Assembly (NCBI GenBank): GCA_002505345.1
Contig: DAUY01000016.1
Location: 50,374-114,373 of the forward strand
DNA: 64,000 nt
Source: Methanomassiliicoccaceae archaeon UBA370
GTDB lineage: Archaea > Thermoplasmatota > Thermoplasmata > Methanomassiliicoccales > Methanomethylophilaceae
Direction: 5' to 3'
The notes under the pieces are model-generated. The model worked only from the letters and a program-made list of their open reading frames with translations. It was not told the DNA's origin and ran no database searches. A program made the position numbers and the translations under genes. Below, in pieces: positions 38,470 to 47,045 of the stretch (position 1 is the stretch's first letter; each line of letters starts with the position of its first letter).

Positions 38470-38482
38470 TAGATATATATTG
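38470..38482 (+). repeat. 13-nt motif TAGATATATATTG, copy 2
   Basis: Read directly. It lies 88 bp from copy 1. A weaker copy (CAGATATATTTAA) is at 38583-38595, and an 11/13 inverted copy is at 35758-35770. Confidence 0.5.
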
Positions 38483-38715
38483 CACACATGCGCACGCGTA
38501 CGTTATGTAATGATATACTGTATCAAGCGTAACGGGACTTCAACCTCGGTTCGCAACATATCATGCTTCGGTCTTCCGCATACAGATATATTTAATGATT
38601 TTTTTAACATGAAATTCTAAATCTGTGTTACTCGCCCATTGTTTCGGCTGTATTGCCCATGTCCGACGATGGTCCTTGGTAAATGCATAAATAACATCCG
38701 CCCAGTTCACCTAAT

Positions 38716-39303
38716 ATGTATGTTTATATTCTGGGCGGATTCCTCGGAAGCGGGAAAACCAGCCTGTTGATGAGGCTAGCGTCCATGTATATCGAAAGGA
38801 AATTACGCGTGGCGCTTCTTGTGAACGAATCGGGAGAGGTCGGCGTGGACGGCGCGACACTCAAGGCCGAAGGGTACGATGCGATCGAACTGCCCAACGG
38901 ATGCATCTGCTGCTCCCTCTCGGGAACCCTTCAGAACGCGCTTCGAAACATCAAAAGCGACATTGATCCCGACATAATCATCATCGAACCGACGGGACTC
39001 GCCCTGCCGCACAAAGTGAAGGAGCTTGTGCGTATTTCCATGATAGATCCCGAGGGGTGCTTCATAATAGGAATAGTGGACGTGCAGAGATTCGACGACC
39101 TGATAAAGAAGAAGGAAGAGTTCTTCAAAAGGCAGATGCACGGCAGCGACTTCATACTTATCAACAAGAGCGACCTCGCCGACCCCCAGAGGATGGACGA
39201 GATAAAGAGATGGATGTCCTCCGAATTCCCCGAAAAGCCCCTTCTGTCCATCTCTGTCAAGACGGGCGAGAACCTGGACAAAGTATACGAGATGATGAAA
39301 TGA
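38716..39303 (+). CDS. COG0523 (CobW/ZigA/YeiR-type) G3E metallochaperone GTPase, GTPase domain only
   Basis: 195 aa. Walker A GGFLGSGKTS, the family-specific CxCC motif (NGCICCS), IIIEPTGLA and NKSD (LINKSDL). It ends where full-length COG0523 proteins continue into the CobW_C domain. Confidence 0.85.
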   Translation: MYVYILGGFLGSGKTSLLMRLASMYIERKLRVALLVNESGEVGVDGATLKAEGYDAIELPNGCICCSLSGTLQNALRNIKSDIDPDIIIIEPTGLALPHKVKELVRISMIDPEGCFIIGIVDVQRFDDLIKKKEEFFKRQMHGSDFILINKSDLADPQRMDEIKRWMSSEFPEKPLLSISVKTGENLDKVYEMMK

Positions 39304-39878
39304 AACAGCAGGAAAACGATGGGCACAAGAGCGAGGAGCATGAGAACTCGATCGAAGAGGCGGGCGGTGCGGCAGTGGGCTTCACCGGAAGCATAACGGG
39401 ATTCAACGCGGACGCCCAGGCAAGGATGGCGGATGCGCTCTTGAAAATAGGTAAATGGGTGGGCGGCGAGTCCGGCGTACTACTGGGGCACATCAAGTGC
39501 GCGATATACCGCGAGGACGGCTCCGGCGTGACTATGAACCTCATCGACATGGACAACGGCGTCGAGATACACGGCACTTTGGAACCGTCGGAGAAGGTCT
39601 CCTTCACCCTGATGTGCGCCGTCCTGGACGTGGACCCCGCAGAGCTGGACCATGAGATGCACCATGTGCTCGAAGATGCCTGCCTGGACATGGAGCTGGA
39701 GCATCACGATTGCCACTGCCATGACCATGAGCACGGGCATGAGGATCCCCATGAGCACGGCAACGGTCATGAACATCATCACGGCCACGGCCATGAGGGC
39801 CACCACCATCACGATGACGACGACGAGAGCTGCGAGCACCGCGGAGGGTGCTGCAACCACAGAGATCATCATCATTGA
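39300..39878 (+). CDS. His-rich protein (possible detached CobW_C-like domain plus poly-His/Cys tail)
   Basis: The ATG at 39300 overlaps the upstream TGA (ATGA). 192 aa. The last 58 residues hold 24 His and 5 Cys by my count (HHDCHCHDHEHGHEDPHEHGNGHEHHHGHGHEGHHHHDDDDESCEHRGGCCNHRDHHH). In the track it is buried in the longer ORF 39057-39878. Confidence 0.7.
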   Translation: MKQQENDGHKSEEHENSIEEAGGAAVGFTGSITGFNADAQARMADALLKIGKWVGGESGVLLGHIKCAIYREDGSGVTMNLIDMDNGVEIHGTLEPSEKVSFTLMCAVLDVDPAELDHEMHHVLEDACLDMELEHHDCHCHDHEHGHEDPHEHGNGHEHHHGHGHEGHHHHDDDDESCEHRGGCCNHRDHHH

Positions 39879-39906
39879 AAACCATTTAAAAAGAGGAGGA
39901 AAAACA

Positions 39907-41520
39907 ATGGAATACGGAATATCTCTGGATTTAGGGACAAGCGGCTTCAGGGCCCACGCTGTGGACTTGAAAACACAAAAGATCCTGTCTACGTCGATCA
40001 CGGAATGCCATCCGCTGCCCGGCGCCAACATAATGGACCACCTGACCTTCAGCATAAGGGTAGGGCAGGATGTGGCGCACAACATCGTCGTCGATACTGT
40101 GAACAAGCTCATCAAGACACTCGGCATAGATCTCAAGGACGTTGTCCGGATGAGTATCTGCGGCAACCCCATCCAGCTCTCGCTGGCGCAGAACATTCCG
40201 GTAGAAGATCTCGCCTTCGCGGGAGAGAACGCCAAAAGGGTCAGGGGAATTAAGGAACAGAAGAGGGACGCCGGCGTGTTCAGCGCCGTCGCCTGCGGGT
40301 TCGACGTCCCTGACAAGACCGAACTTTACGTCCCGCCGGCCATAAGGCACGAGATAGGGGCAGATGCTCTGGCCATGATGTACAAGAGCGGCTTCCTGGA
40401 CCAGAAGGAGAACTGCCTCGTCACGGACTACGGCACCAACGCCGAGATGGCGCTGAAGGTGGGGGACGACATCTACACCGGGTCTGCCGCGGCCGGGCCG
40501 GCCATGGAGGGGCAGTCCATAGAGTGCGGCATGCTTGCCGCCCCGGGCGCGATAAGCGACCTGGAATACGATTTCCAGTGGGTATGCAAAGTCCTCGACG
40601 ATGACCTCATCCCTCGGAACGGCGACAGGTTCGACTTCAGCCTCGGCGTCATGTCCGAAGAGGGGCCGATGCACGGCAAGGCCGTAGGCATAACCGGCAC
40701 CGGCGTCATAGCGGCAGTGGCTGTGGCCAAGGAAAGCGACCTTTGGAAAAAAGGCAGGCTGACGACCGAGGACGGCAAGATGCACCTGCAGGACGGCGTA
40801 TTCATCACCAGCAACGACATCTCCGAGGCGATGAAGGCCATAGGCGCCATGAGGGCGGGCCACTTCACGCTTCTGGAGCATGCCGGCATAAAGTTCGGGG
40901 ACCTCAAGACGATGTATATGTGCGGAGCGTCCGGTACGTACGTCGATGCCGTAAAGGGCAGGGACGTCGGTCTGCTGCCGCCCACGTGCGACAACATCTT
41001 CCAGTACGGGAACACTTCACTGGCGCTTTCCACCGACCTCCTGATGAACCCCGAGCTTCTCGACGAGCTGCAGGAGACGGCCAACAGCATCCGCGCAAAC
41101 CACATCATGTTCGCCGGCGACAAGATATTCGAGCAGATATACGTCCAGGAGCTTGCGTACTGCGAGGAGGGCATGAGCATGACCAAGTACAACGATAACA
41201 ACGTCGCCGCAGGTCTGCAGGCGCTCCCCAAGCCCACCGGTCACCCGAAGGTCACGCGCGTATCGATGCGTGACATCGCAGACCTGGGAGAGAGGGGCCT
41301 GTACATCCTTCACGAGATCGGTACGGACCTCGTCGGCAAGATGGAGGGCTGCACCGGGTGCAAGAAGTGCGAGCACGAATGCCCCGAGAACGCGTTGACC
41401 GTAAGCAAGGACAAGACGATCACCGTGAAGACCAAGAACTGCCTCGGAACGGCATGCTACAGATGCCAGTACGTCTGTCCCGAGAAGGTCATGCAGTTCG
41501 ACTCCCTAAGGCTGTCGTGA
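39907..41520 (+). CDS. ramA: RamA-type corrinoid reductive activase (ASKHA ATPase with C-terminal 2x[4Fe-4S] domain)
   Basis: The ATG at 39907 is preceded by GGAGG at 7-nt spacing. MEYGISLDLGTSGFRAH is an actin-fold phosphate-1 motif. The C-terminus has CTGCKKCEHECP and CLGTACYRCQYVCP. The track's upstream extension to 39652 overlaps the His-rich gene and is rejected. Confidence 0.85.
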   Translation: MEYGISLDLGTSGFRAHAVDLKTQKILSTSITECHPLPGANIMDHLTFSIRVGQDVAHNIVVDTVNKLIKTLGIDLKDVVRMSICGNPIQLSLAQNIPVEDLAFAGENAKRVRGIKEQKRDAGVFSAVACGFDVPDKTELYVPPAIRHEIGADALAMMYKSGFLDQKENCLVTDYGTNAEMALKVGDDIYTGSAAAGPAMEGQSIECGMLAAPGAISDLEYDFQWVCKVLDDDLIPRNGDRFDFSLGVMSEEGPMHGKAVGITGTGVIAAVAVAKESDLWKKGRLTTEDGKMHLQDGVFITSNDISEAMKAIGAMRAGHFTLLEHAGIKFGDLKTMYMCGASGTYVDAVKGRDVGLLPPTCDNIFQYGNTSLALSTDLLMNPELLDELQETANSIRANHIMFAGDKIFEQIYVQELAYCEEGMSMTKYNDNNVAAGLQALPKPTGHPKVTRVSMRDIADLGERGLYILHEIGTDLVGKMEGCTGCKKCEHECPENALTVSKDKTITVKTKNCLGTACYRCQYVCPEKVMQFDSLRLS

Positions 41521-41531
41521 TAAACGGTTTT

Positions 41532-41557
41532 GGGCGGGGCCGGCCCCGCCCTTTTTT
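41532..41557 (+). terminator. GC-rich palindrome plus T6 downstream of ramA
   Basis: GGGCGGGGCC/GGCCCCGCCC is a perfect 20-nt palindrome at 41532-41551, followed directly by TTTTTT. It lies between convergent genes. Confidence 0.6.
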
Positions 41558-42351
41558 CATTTACCGCCGTTCAGGGCCTCGGCGTGCACGGCAGGCCTGA
41601 CATTCTCGTCCTCCAGCTCCGTAAGTATCTGCTTGCGCAGCCTGATGAACTCGGGCGAAGCGCGGTCCCTGGGCCGCGGAATGCCTATGTCCACGATGTC
41701 CTTGATGCTGGCAGGACGCTTGGTAAGGACGACTATCCTGTCTGAAAGATAAACGGCCTCGTCGACCGAGTGGGTCACGAACAGGATCGTAGTGTCCGTC
41801 TTCTCGACTATCCTCAGCAGCTCGCCCTGCATGATGTTGCGCGTCTGGGCGTCCAACGCGCCGAACGGCTCGTCCATGAGCAGCACGTCGGGCTTGGTAA
41901 CAAGGGCCCTTGCGATGCCCACGCGCTGCTTCATACCTCCGCTGAGCTCATGGACACGATGGTCCTCGAAACCTTCGAGGCCGACCGCCCTGATGTAGCG
42001 TTCGGCGGTCTTCCTGCGCTGCTCCGCCGGGACGCCGGCGATCTCCAGGCCGAACTCGACATTCTTCCTTACAGAACGCCAAGGGAACAGTGCGAACTCC
42101 TGGAACACCATGCCTCTGTCGGGGCCTGGCCCGGTGCACTTCTTCCCGCCTATCGACACTTCTCCGGAGGACGGCTCCATGAGCCCTGCTATAAGCCTGA
42201 GCAGAGTCGTCTTTCCGCATCCCGAGGGACCGACTATGGATATAAGCTCGCCCTTCTGGATCTCCAGAGAGAAATCCTCCAGGGCCACGGTCTCCTGTTC
42301 ATCGGTCTTGTAGACCTTCCTCAGATGATTGATAACGATCTTCTCGCTCAT
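41557..42351 (-). CDS. ABC transporter ATP-binding protein (NitT/TauT-type)
   Basis: 264 aa. GPSGCGKTT, LSGGMKQRVGIARAL, LLMDEPFGALD. Confidence 0.9.
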   Translation of the reverse strand: MSEKIVINHLRKVYKTDEQETVALEDFSLEIQKGELISIVGPSGCGKTTLLRLIAGLMEPSSGEVSIGGKKCTGPGPDRGMVFQEFALFPWRSVRKNVEFGLEIAGVPAEQRRKTAERYIRAVGLEGFEDHRVHELSGGMKQRVGIARALVTKPDVLLMDEPFGALDAQTRNIMQGELLRIVEKTDTTILFVTHSVDEAVYLSDRIVVLTKRPASIKDIVDIGIPRPRDRASPEFIRLRKQILTELEDENVRPAVHAEALNGGK

Positions 42352-43238
42352 TCTATCCCCATCCTTCTTGTTATGACCTTATGCAGATAGTCGGCGAGGC
42401 TGGTCGTCAGTATTCCGAGGATTGCGATTATGACTATGCCCGCGTAGACGTTGGGCCAGTACCCCATCTGCGCCTGTATGCTGATGAAGTATCCGACGCC
42501 TCCTCCGAACGATGCGTACAGCTCGGAGGCAACTATGCACATCCACCCGACCCCCATGCCTATGCGGAGGCCGTTCATTATGTATGGCACCGCAGCGGGG
42601 AGCATCACCTTTACAAATGTCTGGACCTTGGTCGCCCCGAGCGTTTTGGCCGCATCGACCCAGTTCGGATCGATCTTCTTCACGCCGAACATCGTATTGG
42701 TCAGCACCGGGAAGAAAATACCCACGAACACCACGAGGATCGGCCCCCACGTGTAACCTACCGTGAAGAGGAATATCGGAGCCCATGCTATGGGGGCGAT
42801 GGGCCTGAGGGCCTCCAGGGTCGGAGACGAGAACTCTTTCAAAGTGTCGGAGTAACCGAGGAGTAGGCCGAACGGAACCGCTATCGCCAACGCGATCAGC
42901 AGCCCGGCGAAGAACCTCTCGAGACTTATGCTCATGTGGCCCCACATGGTCATCCCGGAGATCGAATCCCCGTTCTGGAACAGGAACACCAGCGCCTCCC
43001 AGGTCGTCTGCGGCGTGGGTATCGCCGGATTGTCGAGAAGCAGCGACAGGTTCCACCATATCAGGACGAACACCACCAGCGATACGAAGGCGATTATACC
43101 TTTCCTGAGCATGCGGTGGCGTCTGTTGTCCTTATCATAAACGAAATATTTCGACGGCGAATTCATTGCGTCCAAGATGATGATGGCGATTATGACGCAG
43201 ACTGCACATAAGATTATAAAAATCGATTGCAACTCCAT
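42348..43238 (-). CDS. ABC transporter permease (NitT/TauT-type)
   Basis: 296 aa with 6-7 TM helices and an EAA-loop-like VDAAKTLGATKVQTFVKVMLPAAVPYI. ATGA overlap with the ATPase gene. Confidence 0.88.
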   Translation of the reverse strand: MELQSIFIILCAVCVIIAIIILDAMNSPSKYFVYDKDNRRHRMLRKGIIAFVSLVVFVLIWWNLSLLLDNPAIPTPQTTWEALVFLFQNGDSISGMTMWGHMSISLERFFAGLLIALAIAVPFGLLLGYSDTLKEFSSPTLEALRPIAPIAWAPIFLFTVGYTWGPILVVFVGIFFPVLTNTMFGVKKIDPNWVDAAKTLGATKVQTFVKVMLPAAVPYIMNGLRIGMGVGWMCIVASELYASFGGGVGYFISIQAQMGYWPNVYAGIVIIAILGILTTSLADYLHKVITRRMGIE

Positions 43239-43242
43239 TGTA

Positions 43243-44436
43243 TCAACTCCTCAGCGCGTTTATGGACGAGGAAACCACGGGCGGGGAACCGACGAACCCT
43301 ATGCTCGCATGGCCCGACAGCAGCGCGTTCATGACGTCCCCTCCGGCCGCGAACGGTCCCAACAGTTCGATCTCTATCCCGTAATCTTCGAAGAAGCCCT
43401 GCGCTATCCCGACGTGGAGGGCAATCTGGTGTATGTCTGACGCCAGGTACGCGACGCCGATGTGCGTCAGGGCGCCGCCGTAGTATCCAAGATCTCCCGG
43501 CTCCTTGACACCGCCCTCTTCGTTCAGCGCCTCGGCGAGGTACTGCTCGTTCACGAGATGCTCGGTGAAGGCCTGCGATGAATCGTATCCTGCTTCGGTC
43601 AGCGTGCTCTGCTGCACTATGTTCAGGGACTTGTAAGTGTCCACGACTTCGGCCAGCTGTTCAGCCAGGTCTCCCAGCTCATAGGCGTAGGTGATGTTGG
43701 CCAGCGCCGCCTCGGCCACTTCGTCGGACATCGGCGTCGCCGAAGACGAAGCGGGGGTGCCGATATTTTTCGTTATCTCGAGAAGCTCGTCGTGGGTTTC
43801 GGAATCTTCAGGCAATGCATCCGTTACCCACTGCACCGACAGCATGTAGGCCGCCAGGAACCTTTCGGTGGCGTTACCGTTGCCGGAAAGGAACGAATTG
43901 TTGGCAGCGACAACGCAGCAGGGGTGTCCCTGCCAGTAGTCGCTTGTGGTCATCAGCTCGACGCAAAGGGCATTGTTCACCGCCACGGCGTAGTGGGGCT
44001 CCCATGCTATGCCTCCGTCTATGCTGTCGTCTGTAGTGATCTTGTTTATCATCTGCCCGGGGGCGACCTGTGTCCAGTAGACGGCATCATCCGCCGCCGT
44101 ACCGTATTGGACGAAATTGAGGCCCAGGTCCTCTTTGACAATATCCATCAATATCATATGCTGTATGGACGACGGTCCGGGCGTCATGAACACCTTTCCC
44201 ACCCAAAGGTCCGGATTCACAGCGGTGAGGACGCCTTCCACCGTCTCGGTCATATCGGCCAGGTTCTCGGTGTCCGCCCTGATGAAGATTCCGGATCCGT
44301 CGTTGTTGACCCTTGCGAGTATCGATACGGATTCTTTCTCGGGATCTTCCATAGACAGCACCATACCGGACGCGGAGAGAAGTACGATCAGTATCCCTAC
44401 TGCTCCCCATATTTTGTAATTCCAGTTTAGGCTCAT
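43243..44436 (-). CDS. ABC transporter substrate-binding protein (NMT1/SsuA-like), membrane-anchored
   Basis: The start is set at ATG 44436 (MSLNWNYKIWGAVGILIVLLSASG, a signal anchor). A TATA-like element at 44459-44466 lies inside the track's longer ORF. The periplasmic-binding-protein call rests on context and the AANNSF / GFVGSPPV-type segments. Substrate unknown. Confidence 0.7.
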   Translation of the reverse strand: MSLNWNYKIWGAVGILIVLLSASGMVLSMEDPEKESVSILARVNNDGSGIFIRADTENLADMTETVEGVLTAVNPDLWVGKVFMTPGPSSIQHMILMDIVKEDLGLNFVQYGTAADDAVYWTQVAPGQMINKITTDDSIDGGIAWEPHYAVAVNNALCVELMTTSDYWQGHPCCVVAANNSFLSGNGNATERFLAAYMLSVQWVTDALPEDSETHDELLEITKNIGTPASSSATPMSDEVAEAALANITYAYELGDLAEQLAEVVDTYKSLNIVQQSTLTEAGYDSSQAFTEHLVNEQYLAEALNEEGGVKEPGDLGYYGGALTHIGVAYLASDIHQIALHVGIAQGFFEDYGIEIELLGPFAAGGDVMNALLSGHASIGFVGSPPVVSSSINALRS

Positions 44437-44458
44437 GCCGATTGCTAGCCGATTTTTG

Positions 44459-44466
44459 AATATAAA
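44459..44466 (-). promoter_or_regulatory. TATA box for the ABC transporter operon (leaderless)
   Basis: The minus strand reads TTTATATT, ending 23 nt upstream of the ATG at 44436. Confidence 0.5.
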
Positions 44467-44600
44467 TGTTTTGAATTTTATCACTTTTTGGATTCTTTTT
44501 TACAATGAGGTTAATTAGATGCGTAACGTTCCTTTGATGAAAAATAACACTGGCCTTCTAAGGAAACGCTCAAGCTATTCGAAATAATAATTGACACGAA

Positions 44601-44631
44601 AAGGAAAAATGTGTCTCTCTGTAAGGAGAGA
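44601..44631 (-). terminator. Hairpin plus T-run after the AdoMetDC-like gene
   Basis: TCTCTC-n6-GAGAGA stem at 44614-44631. On the minus strand it is followed by CACATTTTTCCTTTT. Confidence 0.5.
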
Positions 44632-44638
44632 AAGGGGT

Positions 44639-45064
44639 TTAGATGTCCCTGAAGGACACGGAGTACTGCATCTTTTTGGCACCGAAGTATTCCTGCGTGA
44701 ACTTGGCGGAATCTTCGGGTCCGAACTCCCTGCAGGAGAATATGTCTATGAACGCGCGGTCGGTGTCCTCTGCGAAGTGGCCGGATATCATAGAGGTCTC
44801 TATGAGCTGCACGAGGGAGTATCCCTGTACTTTGGGCTCGTCTCCGAAGAACACCACCTGGGGTTCGCCGTATCTTTTCATGTTGATGTGCTTTGCGAGA
44901 TCGATGGCGAACTGGGCGATGTGCTCTTTGCTTGCGATCTTGGAGTGGTCGCATTCTCCGAGGTCGATCGATACGAGCAGCCCCCAGAGCTTCTCGCCGT
45001 TGTATTTCTTGATTGCCTCCTCGTCGCTGAGGAGCTTACCGGAATAGGGACTCATTGTGTACAT
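44639..45064 (-). CDS. S-adenosylmethionine decarboxylase family proenzyme (pyruvoyl-dependent, SpeH/SpeD-like)
   Basis: 141 aa. LIETSMISGHF aligns with the E-S self-cleavage site region (ESHISIHTWPE in classical enzymes). DIFSCREF aligns with the conserved D.F.C segment. Confidence 0.7.
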   Translation of the reverse strand: MYTMSPYSGKLLSDEEAIKKYNGEKLWGLLVSIDLGECDHSKIASKEHIAQFAIDLAKHINMKRYGEPQVVFFGDEPKVQGYSLVQLIETSMISGHFAEDTDRAFIDIFSCREFGPEDSAKFTQEYFGAKKMQYSVSFRDI

Positions 45065-45326
45065 TTTAATTCCTCACAACGGGGATTGGTTTCCCGTTAA
45101 ACGGGGTAAAATGTTTCTATATTTCAAACAATGCCCGGGCTTAAATAATCGGGGCTTCGGAATAATTACACCCAGCAATCCGTATTGTCGAGTGGGGGAC
45201 ACTCGAAGTTTTCAGAGACAAAATGAGGCTTTCTATGACTATTTTTCCATTTTTCGTAACGTCCCTCCCGCCCGCCGCGGACCCACAGAAAAATCCGATT
45301 TATACAGGTAACAACATGGCGTATCC

Positions 45327-46436
45327 ATGGCATCGGAGGTTTTCTTTACGGACATGCGGACCGGGATCGGAGATACCTTGCCCGACAAGCTCGGCAGACT
45401 CATCGAGAAAGCGGGCATAGGCGGCATGGACCTTGACAGGAAATTCGTCGCGGTCAAGATGCACTTCGGCGAGCTGGGAAATCTGGCCTACCTCAGGCCC
45501 GGCATCCCCAGGACGATCGCCGAGACCGCCAGGAAGATGGGGGGCATACCTTTCCTCACGGACACCAACACCCTGTACGTGGGGCATAGGAAGAACGCCC
45601 CCGAGCACATGGACACCGCCAACTACAACGGCTTCGACCGCATGTCCGCGGGATGCCAGATCATAATCGCCGACGGCCTGAAGGGAACCGACGATGTCGA
45701 GGTCCCGATCCACGGCGAATATGTGGAGACCGCGAAGATCGGGCGTGCGATCTTCGATGCCGACGTGATCTTGACGGTCACTCATTTCAAATGCCACGAG
45801 CTCACCGGATACGGAGGGGCGCTCAAGAACCTGGCGATGGGGTGTGCCTCCCGCCGCGGGAAGATGGAGATGCATGCGGCGGGGAAGCCGTCGGTCGACA
45901 GGGACGAATGCGTCGGCTGCGGCACCTGCGCCGGGCAGTGCGCTCAGTCCGCCATCTCATTCTCGGACAGAAAGGCCGTCATCGACACCGGCAGATGCGT
46001 CGGATGCGGAAGGTGCATCGGGTCCTGCCTATACGATGCCATATCCGTAGAGAACGACCAGGATGCCGGCGTGCTCAACGCCAAGATCGTGGAATACGCC
46101 ATGGCCGCGGTCAGGGGAAAGCAGAACTTCCACGTCACCGTCATGACGGATATCTCGCCCAACTGCGACTGCCACGCGGAGAACGATACGCCGGTCATAC
46201 CGGACGTGGGGATGCTGGCGTCATTCGACCCCGTGGCCTTGGACAAAGCTTGCATCGACCTTGCGATGAAACAGCCGCCTGTCATGGGCGGCATGCTGTA
46301 CGAGAAATGCGGCGGGAAGGTCCCGGAGGACATGTTCGCCTGCATACACCCGACCACGAGATGGCGCAGCACCTTCGAGCATGCCGAGAAGATGGGTTTC
46401 GGCTCCGCAGACTATGTGCTTGTGAACGTGAAGTGA
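45327..46436 (+). CDS. DUF362 domain protein with inserted 2x[4Fe-4S] ferredoxin domain
   Basis: 369 aa. VKMHFGELGNLAYLRP...FLTDTNTLY is DUF362-like. CVGCGTCAGQC and CVGCGRCIGSC are cluster motifs. TTTATA at 45299-45304 suggests a leaderless start. Confidence 0.8.
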   Translation: MASEVFFTDMRTGIGDTLPDKLGRLIEKAGIGGMDLDRKFVAVKMHFGELGNLAYLRPGIPRTIAETARKMGGIPFLTDTNTLYVGHRKNAPEHMDTANYNGFDRMSAGCQIIIADGLKGTDDVEVPIHGEYVETAKIGRAIFDADVILTVTHFKCHELTGYGGALKNLAMGCASRRGKMEMHAAGKPSVDRDECVGCGTCAGQCAQSAISFSDRKAVIDTGRCVGCGRCIGSCLYDAISVENDQDAGVLNAKIVEYAMAAVRGKQNFHVTVMTDISPNCDCHAENDTPVIPDVGMLASFDPVALDKACIDLAMKQPPVMGGMLYEKCGGKVPEDMFACIHPTTRWRSTFEHAEKMGFGSADYVLVNVK

Positions 46437-46440
46437 TCGC

Positions 46441-46983
46441 ATGAGGGCATTCGTTGCTGTGAAGGTCCCGGGCGGGCCGTCGCTGTCCCGGCCCCTCGGG
46501 GGCCTCTCGGCGGCGGGCGGACTCAGAGTATACGGCACCGGAGACCTCCATATAACGCTGAGCTTCATCGGGGAGATCGAACAGGAGAGATTGCGAGACG
46601 TCTCCGATGCGGTGGGGCGGGCCGTCCGCGGCATCGGTCCTTTCGAAATCACCGTGGGGAGGATGGGGTCCTTCCCGGGGAGGAGCGGCCCCAGGATCGT
46701 ATGGGCCGGAGCCTGGTCCGGAGGAAGACTGGAGATGCTGGCAGAGAGGATATCCGCCGAGCTGGACGAGGGCGGCATCGGGCACGACAGAAAAAAATTC
46801 GTCCCCCACATTACTTTGGCGAGGGCAAGGGACGAGAGAGGGGCGCCGTCCGCATCGTCGGTCATCGAGAGGTACAAGGAATCAGACCTCCTCAGGTTCT
46901 CCTGCAAGAAGGTAACGGTTTTCGGCAGCGAGCTCACCCCTTCGGGGGCCGTCCACACCCCGGTCTCCGAAATCTGCCTGTGA
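46441..46983 (+). CDS. thpR: RNA 2',3'-cyclic phosphodiesterase (2H family, ThpR/LigT)
   Basis: 180 aa with the two HxT/S motifs HITLSF and HITLAR. Confidence 0.85.
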   Translation: MRAFVAVKVPGGPSLSRPLGGLSAAGGLRVYGTGDLHITLSFIGEIEQERLRDVSDAVGRAVRGIGPFEITVGRMGSFPGRSGPRIVWAGAWSGGRLEMLAERISAELDEGGIGHDRKKFVPHITLARARDERGAPSASSVIERYKESDLLRFSCKKVTVFGSELTPSGAVHTPVSEICL

Positions 46984-47045
46984 GCCTGATATAAGGTTAA
47001 CTGTAGCTTCCGGCCATTATACCCTGACGTCACGAATCTGTTGCC

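Noticed and set aside
39702-39875. The His-codon-rich stretch as a DNA tandem repeat or microsatellite.
   Set aside because: The CAC/CAT codons are interspersed with GAG, GGC, GAC and others without a fixed period. It is amino-acid-level low complexity, not a nucleotide repeat.
39652-39906. The upstream 85-codon extension of the ramA ORF given in the track (start 39652).
   Set aside because: It overlaps the His-rich gene in another frame and translates to a His/Thr/Met-rich mirror of that tail. A GGAGG motif with correct spacing precedes ATG 39907, which yields the canonical ASKHA N-terminus.
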